Shown here: positions 42,205-51,967 of the stretch, piece by piece
Numbering within the stretch: position 1 is the stretch's first letter
Layout: the number at the start of each line of letters is the position of its first letter
From: an uncultured Ectothiorhodospiraceae bacterium
GTDB taxonomy: Bacteria; Pseudomonadota; Gammaproteobacteria; UBA9214
Direction: 5' to 3'
DNA: 64,000 bases
NCBI GenBank assembly: GCA_947259415.1
Contig: CAMYMI010000013.1
Location: forward strand, 487 to 64,486
The notes under the pieces: generated by a model
Database searches by the model: none
The model's input: the letters and a program-made list of their open reading frames with translations, nothing else
What the model was told of the DNA's origin: nothing
Made by a program: the position numbers and the translations under genes

Positions 42205-44178
42205 TCAGTTGCTGGCTGTGGCCACTGCTGAAAGGACATCGCTGGCCTCCGCAGGGGTTTTTTCTCCAAGCAGCCGATAGACCATGACCCCCTCGGACTT
42301 GCCTTTCAGGCTGCAGATCCCGACGGGCTCGAGTTCGAACCGGTCCCCCAGACACTCGGCCGTATGGTCAGCCAGCAGGATCTGGCACAGGCTGTCCGGA
42401 GAGTTCCCGGGCGCCTCCTTGCTGAAGCTCTCGAGCCGGGCCGCGGTGTTGACCACGTCGCCGATGGTCGTGTACTTGATGCGCTGCGTGCTGCCCAGAC
42501 AGCCGGCCACCACCGGGCCGGTGGCAATCCCCACGCGGATCCTGACCAGCGGCGAGCCCTGTGCGGACCAGAACGCATTCAGCCGCTCCATCTCCTGCCG
42601 CATGGCCAGCGCACAACTCACGGCGTTGATGGCGTCCTGGCGGATCTGCGCATCGGTCGTGCGCGGGACGGGCACACCGAAATCCGCCTTGATGGCATCG
42701 CCGATGTAATTGTCCACCACACCCTCATATTGCGTGACCAGGCTCGCCATCGCCTCCATGTACTCGTTGAGCCAGTTCAGCAATTCCGTGGGGGTGAGCC
42801 GTTCGGCAACCGGCGTGAAATTGGCCAGGTCGGAAAACAGCACCGTGATCTTCATGGTCTGCGCATCCAGACGCCCGCCGTGCATGAAGCTGTCGCGGTG
42901 TTTCCACAATTCATCGGCAACCGTCGGCGAGACATTCTTGGAAAACAGGTCCATGAGCAGCCGCTTCTCGGCCTTTTCGTGGGTCGAGAGGTAGGCCATG
43001 ACCACGCCGGAGGCGGCCAGCCAGGCGAGTCCCGTGGGGGCGACCGGGATCCACCAACCGAGCATGAAGGCGGCAAACGCAATCGCAACCAGTGTCGCCA
43101 GGCCGCCGGCCGCGAGCAGGGTGAAGCGCAGGCCGGAACGGGTGAAGCGGCCGAGGATGGCCGCCAGTATCCCCCACAGCAGGATCCACAGATGTTCTGT
43201 CCGGTCGCTTGACACCTGGATGGGCACATCGCCCGCCAGGGCGGCCCGCAGCAGCTGACTGGTTTCATAGCCATGGACGGCAATCCCGGAGGTGGTCTGT
43301 CCCGGGCCGGCAAAGCGGTCGTAGGGGGTGAGAAATTCATCCTTCACACTGTCGGCATTGACACCGGCAATGACGATAGCGTCGCGGATGAGCGCCGGGT
43401 CCACCTGGTCGTCCAGGACATCGCTCATGGAATAGGTCGTGAAGGGATTGACACCGCCCCGGTAGTCGAGCAGGTACTGATAGCCGGCCGCATCAGCGCC
43501 CACGTAGGCACCGTCATCGGCCTCGAACGGGACGAAGGTCGTCGGTCCCAGGCGCAGGTGCTCGGGATTCGGGTCACCGGCCTGTGGCGTGATGTCTGCC
43601 TCGGCCAGATAGGCCATGGCGAGCCGCAGCGGCAGCGAGACGGAGAAGTTCTGGCCATCGTCGAGAAACAGCAGGCCCCGCCGTACCACGCCGTCGCTGT
43701 CCACGGTGACGTCGGAGAACCCGATCCGCTCCGTGCCCCGCAGGGCCTCGGGACCGAGCACCCGGGTGCCGCTGGCATCGCCGAATTTTTCGATGAAGAG
43801 GATGGAGTCGTTATTGCGGAGCAGGGCATTGAAGCGTTGCGTCCCGGGCGGCACGGCGAAATCCCGGTAGAGATCGACGCCGATCACCCGCGGTTCATGG
43901 TCGAGCAGCGCCTCGAGCAGGTCGGCCAGCCGGTCATCGGAGGGCGGCCATTGCTGGATGCGCTGGATGTCCTCCTCCACGATCTGGATCAGGACCAGGC
44001 GCGGCTCGGGCACGGTGTGGCGCTCCTTGACCCGGAGGAAGGCGTCGTAGGAGGCCAGTTCGAGGAACTGCAGATAGCCGGCGCCGCGCAGCCCGACCAC
44101 CAGCAGACAGGCCAGGATACCCAGCACCAGGCTCACCAGGGTCGGCGAGCGCAGCCGTTCCAGCCACTCAGCCTTCAT
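42205..44178 (-). CDS. CHASE2-3TM class III nucleotidyl cyclase
   Basis: CHASE2 (QWP.SD, PRVIGVDLYRD, DSDGVVRR, G...H), 3 TM segments, VLFSDL.NFT, YIGDA and IGDVVNTAARLES. Confidence 0.93.
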   Translation of the reverse strand: MKAEWLERLRSPTLVSLVLGILACLLVVGLRGAGYLQFLELASYDAFLRVKERHTVPEPRLVLIQIVEEDIQRIQQWPPSDDRLADLLEALLDHEPRVIGVDLYRDFAVPPGTQRFNALLRNNDSILFIEKFGDASGTRVLGPEALRGTERIGFSDVTVDSDGVVRRGLLFLDDGQNFSVSLPLRLAMAYLAEADITPQAGDPNPEHLRLGPTTFVPFEADDGAYVGADAAGYQYLLDYRGGVNPFTTYSMSDVLDDQVDPALIRDAIVIAGVNADSVKDEFLTPYDRFAGPGQTTSGIAVHGYETSQLLRAALAGDVPIQVSSDRTEHLWILLWGILAAILGRFTRSGLRFTLLAAGGLATLVAIAFAAFMLGWWIPVAPTGLAWLAASGVVMAYLSTHEKAEKRLLMDLFSKNVSPTVADELWKHRDSFMHGGRLDAQTMKITVLFSDLANFTPVAERLTPTELLNWLNEYMEAMASLVTQYEGVVDNYIGDAIKADFGVPVPRTTDAQIRQDAINAVSCALAMRQEMERLNAFWSAQGSPLVRIRVGIATGPVVAGCLGSTQRIKYTTIGDVVNTAARLESFSKEAPGNSPDSLCQILLADHTAECLGDRFELEPVGICSLKGKSEGVMVYRLLGEKTPAEASDVLSAVATASN

Positions 44179-44623
44179 TCATGGACCTGCCTTGCCGGCG
44201 GCTCGGCAGCTGTGGATTTCAGCGTGCGGTTCAGGAAATTATCTGTCATTTGATTACGAGTTTACCGGACACGGAGCCCCGCTTCTTGTTTCAAACGGGT
44301 AAAAATACAAAATTAATAAAGCCCTATGTAGGGGCTTGACGCATCTCTAACAGGCCAACAGGCCGGCATAGAAACGGTTGACACCTTGTATTTTGCCACG
44401 GCGACAGGCGCCCGCTTTCGGTATCCGGCGGCGTTCTCTGCAAAAGACCCGTGATGAAAAAACAACCTGTAATCTATCGGATTTTGTTAACCGGTCGCAC
44501 GGATAAGGGTAACCGGGCGCGACTTCCCTGCATGCCATTTCTCGGGCCTGCGGGGCGCACCTCGACAGCCATGAACGGCCTCATGGTGATGATTTTTTTT
44601 AAGCACGGCGTGGTTTTGAATGG

Positions 44624-44681
44624 GGCGGCACGCACCATAAAGTGGCGGCACGCACCATAAAGTGGCGGTACGCACCACAAA
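44624..44681 (+). repeat. Three tandem 20-bp repeats in a divergent promoter region
   Basis: ggcggcacgcaccataaagt twice, then ggcggtacgcaccacaaa. Confidence 0.85.
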
Positions 44682-45018
44682 TTATGAAATGAAGGTTAAC
44701 CCAAAGGTGCTAGTTTACCTGTGGAAAATGCAGTTCAACACAACTACAATACGCCCGTACAATACCAACAGGATAGAAGAATTTTAATATATGGACATAT
44801 ATCGATACACAGCCCGGCGGGCCGAATCAATCCACTCCAGGTTGCGACTCCCATAAGCTATTCATGGACTATAATTAAAAAAATAAATTACGTCCGATGC
44901 GAATTCAGGTGATTAATCCGAGCTATTGATGCCGCTATCACCACTGCGGTTACCAGTATCAACAAATAAGTAACACAAAATAACTTAATAACACATAAAC
45001 GCGTCAGAGGATCCAGAC

Positions 45019-46893
45019 ATGAACAAATTAACCATCTCGCAATCGGTACGCGCTTCAACGTCCCGGTGTTGCAAGTCCATTTGCCTGTTCACCACCGCGC
45101 TGTCGCTGCTGGCAGCGTCGACCGCCCATGCCTGGCCGACCGGATCACGGGGCGGCTCCTTCTTCTTCGGCGGCAGTTCACTGACCCTGCTGTGGCAAAC
45201 CGTGGACAGCACCGACAACCTCGCGACCATCCAGCTGAACTATTTCGAGGCAGACGAACGGCTGTGCTTCACGGGTGAAGTCAAGGGCCTGTATTCGGAC
45301 GGGACCATGACCGGGGAAGCCATCTATGAATTGCTCGGTGTGGATGGGGCCTCACTCAACACCACTGGTATCTGTTACTCCTATGTGGCACAGGCATGTG
45401 ATCAATTATTAGACCAAGCTGGTAATCCAGTTAATCTCTCCCCGGGATTCATCGAAGAGTGTACCTACACGGTACCCAAACTTGAAGACATTACCGATTT
45501 GGACGGCCTGCTCAGCGGGCGTCTCCGGACGGTGCCGGGCAGCGGGACCGGTTACCTGGCGGCCTGCGACTCAGCGACACCGCCCCGAATCTGTGACTTC
45601 CAGGTCGGCATCGGCTTCAATAATTCCATTCCACCCGCTTTCTTCCCGGCGACGGTGACCACGGATGGCGACGCCGTGGCGGCGAATGTGGTCCTCTATT
45701 CGAATGAAATCTGCACACAATTTAACGCTTTCGACGATCTAAACCTGGCGCCAACCGCGGCCCTCAGCGCCAAATCAGCAACATTAAGGTCCTGCGAAGC
45801 CCTGGCCATCAAGGGGGACTGGTGCAGTGACCTGCAGAGCAACATGGGTGATCCCAAATGCGACGCCACCAACGCGAACGGACAATTCACCGTCGGCGGC
45901 TTCAACAACTCCGCGGGGGATTTCCTCGTTCAGACACCGTTCAGTATAAACTGTATTAGTAGCATCGAGGACCTGCGTAATCTCGAATCATGCGCGGAGG
46001 TCAACCTCGCCGCTTGCGGTGACGGTAGCGGCCTGCTTGAAATGCCAACGACGTACGATTCAGGTGGCACTACTTGTGGTGCTAACGTTAATTCAATCGA
46101 GTTCACATACAGTTCCTCCGATGGCGGGGGGGTTGATTACCTCAACGTGGCCTCGATCCTGAACTTCGGATCACCCGGCAACCCCGGTGACAACAGTACC
46201 CCGCCGTGCACCTCGGCCTGCATCGTGTCCACGCCCAGCAATAACGAGGTGAATACCTGGAACTTTTCCTCTACCACCTTGCAGGGCATCGGCTTCATCG
46301 ACGGCCGCAATAATGATGACATCATCACCGGGTCGCAGGGACCGGACACCATCCGCGGCGGCAGCGGTGCCGATACCCTCAACGGTGCGGGTGGCAACGA
46401 TATCCTCCAGGGCGGTGACAATGCGGACACGCTTAACGGTGATGACGGCGATGACCTGCTGTTGGGCTACGACTGCTATGGACCCAACGCCGACTGCTCG
46501 GTTGTATCGAACAACGGCAGTGACGATGACATCCTCAACGGCGGGCCCGGCAACGACTGCCTCGACGGCGGGCGCGGTAACGACACGGCCACCGGGGGCG
46601 AAGGCAGCGACGCTTTTGTTCTCTACGGCAACGTCGACAAAGACATTATCACTGACTTCAATATAGAAGAAGATGTGTTTGTGGACCTGACCGGGAATGC
46701 AACGGCGATATGGGTGCAAGGCAAGCGAGGTGCACCAAGTGTCTGTACAATCTCAACGGGTGGTAATGATGTCACCACTGTCGAAGGAATCGGAAAAGGA
46801 GATTGTAAGAAGCCCCCTCTCACCATCCTGGATCCAAGCGCTGGTGATGATTTCCCGACACAGTGTGCCGGTCATCCCTATTCCTTTCAGTAG
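45019..46893 (+). CDS. Secreted Cys-rich protein with RTX-type Ca-binding repeats
   Basis: Signal peptide ending AHA; GGSGADTLN, GAGGNDILQ, GGDNADTLN, GGPGNDCLD and GGRGNDTAT repeats. Confidence 0.8.
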   Translation: MNKLTISQSVRASTSRCCKSICLFTTALSLLAASTAHAWPTGSRGGSFFFGGSSLTLLWQTVDSTDNLATIQLNYFEADERLCFTGEVKGLYSDGTMTGEAIYELLGVDGASLNTTGICYSYVAQACDQLLDQAGNPVNLSPGFIEECTYTVPKLEDITDLDGLLSGRLRTVPGSGTGYLAACDSATPPRICDFQVGIGFNNSIPPAFFPATVTTDGDAVAANVVLYSNEICTQFNAFDDLNLAPTAALSAKSATLRSCEALAIKGDWCSDLQSNMGDPKCDATNANGQFTVGGFNNSAGDFLVQTPFSINCISSIEDLRNLESCAEVNLAACGDGSGLLEMPTTYDSGGTTCGANVNSIEFTYSSSDGGGVDYLNVASILNFGSPGNPGDNSTPPCTSACIVSTPSNNEVNTWNFSSTTLQGIGFIDGRNNDDIITGSQGPDTIRGGSGADTLNGAGGNDILQGGDNADTLNGDDGDDLLLGYDCYGPNADCSVVSNNGSDDDILNGGPGNDCLDGGRGNDTATGGEGSDAFVLYGNVDKDIITDFNIEEDVFVDLTGNATAIWVQGKRGAPSVCTISTGGNDVTTVEGIGKGDCKKPPLTILDPSAGDDFPTQCAGHPYSFQ

Positions 46894-47000
46894 GAACGGG
46901 GATTAACAACAAAGTAACCGCGCGGTGCAGGCCTGCACCGCGCGGCGCGATAACCACAGCGCGGTACCGGAGACGGATGACCGCAGAGGGGGAGTTGTTC

Positions 47001-49916
47001 ATGCAAGCAGATCGTTACCGTCGCCGACGCGCTGCCGCCTGCATCGGCCTGGTACTCGGCATGACCCTGCCCGCACTCGCGTGGTCCGGTGCCACCCTCG
47101 ACGGCTCCATGGGCACCAGCGGTGCGTTTTCGGGGAACTTCACCGTCCCGGACACTGTCGGCCAGACCGTCGGGGCCAACCTGCTTCACAGCTTCAGCGA
47201 TTTCAGCATCAACGCCGGCGAGAGCGCCACCTTCACCGGGCCCGTGGAAATCGACAACGTGGTCTCACGCGTTTCCGGCAACAGTCCGTCAACCTTCAAC
47301 GGCCCGCTCTTCTCGGCAATCCCGAGCGCCAATTTCTATTTCCTCAACCCCAACGGCGTCCTGTTCAAGGAAGGCGCCCAGATCAATGTCGACGGCTCGT
47401 TCTATGCCACGACCAGCGATTTTGTCCGGCTGGGTCAGGACGGTATCTTTTATGCCGACCTCGCCGCGCAAAGCGTGCTGACCAGTTCTCCACCGAGCGC
47501 CTTCGGATTTCTCGATAGCAACCCGGGGCAGATCGCGCTGGAGGGCACGCACCTGGTGAGGTTCTTCTCGCTCAATCAGCCGGACGGCGCGACGCTGAGC
47601 CTGGTGGGTGGCGACATCACGCTCGAGCAGGCGGCACCCGGGACCCAGACCCTGCTGGGGACAGCGAACAGTGCCGGCAGTTACATCGGGTCGGCCGGGA
47701 ACCGCGTCGAGATCGTGAGTGTGGCCTCTGCCGGGGAGGCGCTGCCGGGCAGTGGAGACTATGATCTGTCCTCCTTCGATACGCTCGGTGACATCGAAAT
47801 CAGCGGCGGCAGTGTCGTCGATGCCACCGATGTCTACATCCGGGGCGGCCAGCTGCTCATGCAGGATTCCGTGATCGCCGCCGGCTTCTTTACCGTGGCC
47901 GCCCTGGCCCCGCCGCCGAGTGGCGGTCGCATCGATGTGGGGATGTCCGGGGCCATCGACGTGACGGGCAACACACCGCTGGAGCTGGAGATCAATCATC
48001 CTGATTTCGGGCCCTTCGTGGTGTTCAAGCCCGATGGTGGACTCTACTATTCGGGCATCACGGCGTTCGCGGGCAGCCCCGTCCCCGGACCGCCGCCCGC
48101 CAATGTCGCCGCCATCGATGTTACGGCAGGTGACATTGACTTCACCGGCTTTGCCGGCGTGATCACCGAACGCTTTGGCCCCGGCGGGGCGAGCGACATC
48201 AGCATCAGCGCGGACACGGTAGCATTCCGCAACGGTGCTCCCATCGCCAATATCAACTATTACGACGGTGCCGGTGGCAGCATCACCGTGAACGCGGATC
48301 AGGTGGTGCTCGATGGCGAGGGCGACCCCAGCGGATTCAGCGGTATCACCTCGGCCAGCTTCGTCAGCCCGGTCTTCGGCAACCCGGATATCCCGCCACC
48401 CTTCGATCCGGCCAACCCGGAACTCACCTTCGCGGATGCCGGCAGCGTTACCGTCAATGCCACGGGTCCCGGGGGACTGACCGTGCGCGGTGGCGCCTCG
48501 ATCAACGGCGAGAGCCGCACCTTTGGCCGGGGGGCCGATATCACGATCAATGCCAGCGACATCTTCCTTGCGCGGGACGGGATGCCCTTCGGATCAATTG
48601 CCTCGCAAAGCGCTTATGCCGGCGATGCCGGGAATATCCAGATACAGGCGACCGGGGATATCCGGATGCAGGAAGGTTTTGAAATCTCGGGCAGCACGGC
48701 CGGTACCGGGGCCGGCGGAACGGTGTCGGTTTCAGCGAGTAACGTGATTGATATCAGCGGGGAGAACAGCGGTATCGCCAGCGCCACCGTGGAGCCGCCA
48801 CCTGCTGTCGAGGATTCCCTTGCCCAACTGTTCGGGGTCCCCGACTTTGCCACGCTGGTCGGGTTGCTCACGGATTTCGGCCTGGTGGGTCCTGATGCAG
48901 ATATGTTTGATGTGCTGGGTGCCCTGCAGATCATCGGTTTTATCAATCTGGGGGATCCTGAGCCGAGCGCCGGGGATGCGGGTGCCGTGTCCGTGGCCGC
49001 TGCCACCCTGTCCATGAGTGGATTGGGGCGTATCACCTCATCAACGACCGCCGATGGTACGGGTGGCCCCATCAATATCAACGTGGGTTCACTAGCGCTC
49101 GCGGATGGCGCCGAGATCCGCAGTCGCAGCGGGCTCGTCAGCGTCATCACGGGAGAACTGGATGTCGGCTCCGGTAATGGCGGCGACATCGCGGTCACGG
49201 CTTCGAATGATGTCACCATGGAGTCCGGCTCAAGCATCTCCGCGAGAAGTCTGGGAACCGGGCTGGCGGGTGACATCGCCATCAATGCCGGCAACCGGCT
49301 CGACATGTCGGGCGACAGCAGCATCAGCACCCAGGCCACCGTCTCCGACGGCGGCAACATCGGGGTCAACGCAACCGAGCGGGTGTACCTGAACCAGGCG
49401 CAGATCACGACCTCCGTGGAGAGTGGCCTGGGCGGCGGCGGCAACATCGATGTCGATCCCGATTTCGTCGTTCTCAACCAGAGCAACATCCTCGCCAATG
49501 CCTTTGGCGGCCCCGGCGGCAACATCACCATCGTGGCCGGCAACTTCATCACGACGCCGGACAGCACGATCGACGCCTCTTCCGCCCTCGGGCTCGACGG
49601 CACGGTCAACATCAGTTCGCCGGATCAGGAGGTCGCCGAGGACCTGGCCGTCTTGCCTGCGAATTATCTCGATGTGACCGGACTCATCAGCGAACGCTGC
49701 GGCACGACCGTCGGCGCCAGCAGCCTGGTCGATGCCGGCGCGGGCGGACTGGCGATCGACCCGGACGGCTATCTGCCAAGTTTTGCACTGGAAACCAATC
49801 AAGAAGACGAAACGAAAGGGGGAAGCAGAACTGTCAGCAGCGGCGAGCGCTGGTGGGCGCTGGAGATGAACCAGACAGCGTTGTTACCACTCGCCCTGGT
49901 GACCTGCGCACGCTAA
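47001..49916 (+). CDS. Two-partner secretion TpsA (filamentous haemagglutinin-like)
   Basis: Signal peptide, TPS domain NLLHSFSDFSI / VSRVSG / FLNPNG and Gly-rich beta-helix repeats (GGxIxI). Confidence 0.92.
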   Translation: MQADRYRRRRAAACIGLVLGMTLPALAWSGATLDGSMGTSGAFSGNFTVPDTVGQTVGANLLHSFSDFSINAGESATFTGPVEIDNVVSRVSGNSPSTFNGPLFSAIPSANFYFLNPNGVLFKEGAQINVDGSFYATTSDFVRLGQDGIFYADLAAQSVLTSSPPSAFGFLDSNPGQIALEGTHLVRFFSLNQPDGATLSLVGGDITLEQAAPGTQTLLGTANSAGSYIGSAGNRVEIVSVASAGEALPGSGDYDLSSFDTLGDIEISGGSVVDATDVYIRGGQLLMQDSVIAAGFFTVAALAPPPSGGRIDVGMSGAIDVTGNTPLELEINHPDFGPFVVFKPDGGLYYSGITAFAGSPVPGPPPANVAAIDVTAGDIDFTGFAGVITERFGPGGASDISISADTVAFRNGAPIANINYYDGAGGSITVNADQVVLDGEGDPSGFSGITSASFVSPVFGNPDIPPPFDPANPELTFADAGSVTVNATGPGGLTVRGGASINGESRTFGRGADITINASDIFLARDGMPFGSIASQSAYAGDAGNIQIQATGDIRMQEGFEISGSTAGTGAGGTVSVSASNVIDISGENSGIASATVEPPPAVEDSLAQLFGVPDFATLVGLLTDFGLVGPDADMFDVLGALQIIGFINLGDPEPSAGDAGAVSVAAATLSMSGLGRITSSTTADGTGGPININVGSLALADGAEIRSRSGLVSVITGELDVGSGNGGDIAVTASNDVTMESGSSISARSLGTGLAGDIAINAGNRLDMSGDSSISTQATVSDGGNIGVNATERVYLNQAQITTSVESGLGGGGNIDVDPDFVVLNQSNILANAFGGPGGNITIVAGNFITTPDSTIDASSALGLDGTVNISSPDQEVAEDLAVLPANYLDVTGLISERCGTTVGASSLVDAGAGGLAIDPDGYLPSFALETNQEDETKGGSRTVSSGERWWALEMNQTALLPLALVTCAR

Positions 49917-49918
49917 CT

Positions 49919-51730
49919 ATGCCATTACCAATTGATCAGAATGCCGGTTCTGCAGGCAGAACCGGCAAGGGGCCGCTTGGTGCCCTTAACACCTTCTTGG
50001 CCAGGACGGCGCTTTCCCGGTTCATCGTGCTTGCCCTGGGGCTCTGGCTGGGACTGGGTACGGCCCATGCGCAACCGGTCGGCCCCGGTTCCCCGGGCGA
50101 TACGCCCGCCGGCGGGGTCAGCCGGCCGGGTGACTTTCGTCCGGTGTTGCCGGCGCCCGGCCTGCCGCCAGAGGCACCGGTCGCACTCCCACCGGTTGCG
50201 CCGGCCCCCGAGAAAGCGCCGGTTCCCTATGGCGTCCGGGTGTTCGTCAAGGAGATCCGGCTCACGGGCAATACCGTGTTCACCACCGCGGAACTGAAGG
50301 AAATCACGGCACCCTACGAGGGTCGCGAGGTCTCCAGCAGCGAACTCGAGGACCTGCGCGTTGCCCTGACCCGGCACTACATTCAGCACGGCTATTTGAA
50401 TTCCGGCGCGGTGATCCCCGACCAGAAGGTCGTCGACGGCGTCATCCAGATGGCCATTGTCGAGGGCCGCCTGACCGACATCGAGGTTGCCGGCAACACC
50501 TATCTGAATGCCGATTACATCAAGGACCGGCTCAGGCTCGGCGCGGGACCGCCACTGAATGTGCAGGATCTGCAGGAGCGCATCCAGATCATGCTCGAGT
50601 CACCCCTGTTCGACACCCTCAATTCAGAGTTGCAGCCGGGTGACCGGCCGGGCGAGGCCACGCTCATGACCATGGTCGACGAGGGTCCCCGCTTCCAGTT
50701 CATCCCGGTCATCGACAACCGGCTTTCACCGAGTCTGGGCGATGTCCGGGCGCTGCCGCAGATCTATGCCTACAGCCTGACCGGGCGGGGTGACATCCTC
50801 AATGCCGCCGTCGGCGTGGGTGACGGGCTGACGAATGCCTACGCTAACTGGGCCATTCCCCTGAATGCCCATGACACGACACTCACCCTGCTTGCGGACT
50901 ACACCGACTCGGAAATCGTGGAGGGTCCGTTCGAGGCCCTGGATATCGAGAACGAAACCCGGACCTTCGGTTTCCGGGTCAGCCATCCCTTCTACCGGAC
51001 CCCGAGCCAGAATTTCAGCATGGCGCTGGGACTGGACCTGCGCAAGAGTGAATCCCGGCTGCTCGGCGAAGACTTCGCCTTCACTCCCGGCGTGCCCGCG
51101 GATGGTGAGGTGCAGGCCACGATCATCCGTTTCTCCCAGGACTGGTCAAGGCGCGAACCGAACCAGGTCCTGGCCGCGCGTTCCCTGTTCAGCATCGGCA
51201 TCGATGCCTTCGACGCCACCGTTAATTCAGGTGACCTTCCCAGCGGGGAGTTCTTCGCCTGGCTGGGCCAGTTCCAGTGGGCCAGGCTGCTGGGAGACAA
51301 GGGGGGACAACTGATCTTCCGCGCCAATGTCCAGCTCACCAACGATCCGCTGTTCAGCATGGAGCAATACGCGGTTGGCGGGGCGCTCAGCGTGCGCGGT
51401 TACCGCGAGAATCAGCTGGTGCGCGATTATGGCTACGATGCCTCGCTCGAGTACCGTCATCCGCTGATCAAGGACGCCAGCGGCAGAACCATCCTGGCGT
51501 TGGCGCCCTTCATCGATGCCGGTGGGGCGAACAACAACGAACTGCCCGAGGGATCGAATCCGAAGGACATCTACAGTGCCGGCCTTGGCCTGCGCTGGGA
51601 CCCGACCCCCAAGATTCACGCCGAGCTCTACTGGGGACACGCCTTCCGCGACGTGGACAATGACGACGATTCCCTGCAGGACGATGGCGTGCACTTCCTC
51701 ATCAGCGCCAACCTGCTGGAATGGCCCTGA
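49919..51730 (+). CDS. TpsB transporter (ShlB/FhaC/HecB family)
   Basis: POTRA domains (GNTVF, Y...GY.NSG, VEG.L) and the VRGY motif (SVRGYREN). Confidence 0.93.
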   Translation: MPLPIDQNAGSAGRTGKGPLGALNTFLARTALSRFIVLALGLWLGLGTAHAQPVGPGSPGDTPAGGVSRPGDFRPVLPAPGLPPEAPVALPPVAPAPEKAPVPYGVRVFVKEIRLTGNTVFTTAELKEITAPYEGREVSSSELEDLRVALTRHYIQHGYLNSGAVIPDQKVVDGVIQMAIVEGRLTDIEVAGNTYLNADYIKDRLRLGAGPPLNVQDLQERIQIMLESPLFDTLNSELQPGDRPGEATLMTMVDEGPRFQFIPVIDNRLSPSLGDVRALPQIYAYSLTGRGDILNAAVGVGDGLTNAYANWAIPLNAHDTTLTLLADYTDSEIVEGPFEALDIENETRTFGFRVSHPFYRTPSQNFSMALGLDLRKSESRLLGEDFAFTPGVPADGEVQATIIRFSQDWSRREPNQVLAARSLFSIGIDAFDATVNSGDLPSGEFFAWLGQFQWARLLGDKGGQLIFRANVQLTNDPLFSMEQYAVGGALSVRGYRENQLVRDYGYDASLEYRHPLIKDASGRTILALAPFIDAGGANNNELPEGSNPKDIYSAGLGLRWDPTPKIHAELYWGHAFRDVDNDDDSLQDDGVHFLISANLLEWP

Positions 51731-51920
51731 CCGGGGGCAGGCAAGTCCTGCTTATACGGATTTGGACGTAACTGCGTTCCAGAAGGCCGTACAACCCTGA
51801 CACCAATGAGAGACTGCTTTTGCGGATGTAGTCATGCCGCATGAAGCAGGCCGCGGCCTGCAGCGGGAGCGGGGCAAGCATCAGTAATGACAAGCCAGGG
51901 ACGGTGATTAATTCATCTTT

Positions 51921-51947
51921 CATCATTCCGGCGCAAACCGGAATGAC
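51921..51947. repeat. GTCATTCCGG-type palindrome between convergent genes
   Basis: tcattccggcgcaaaccggaatga. Confidence 0.55.
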
Positions 51948-51967
51948 GTTCTGACTTTCTCTACACT

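Noticed and set aside
47001-49916. CdiA contact-dependent toxin
   Set aside because: Too short, with no VENN or toxin domain and no immunity gene; tpsB follows directly.
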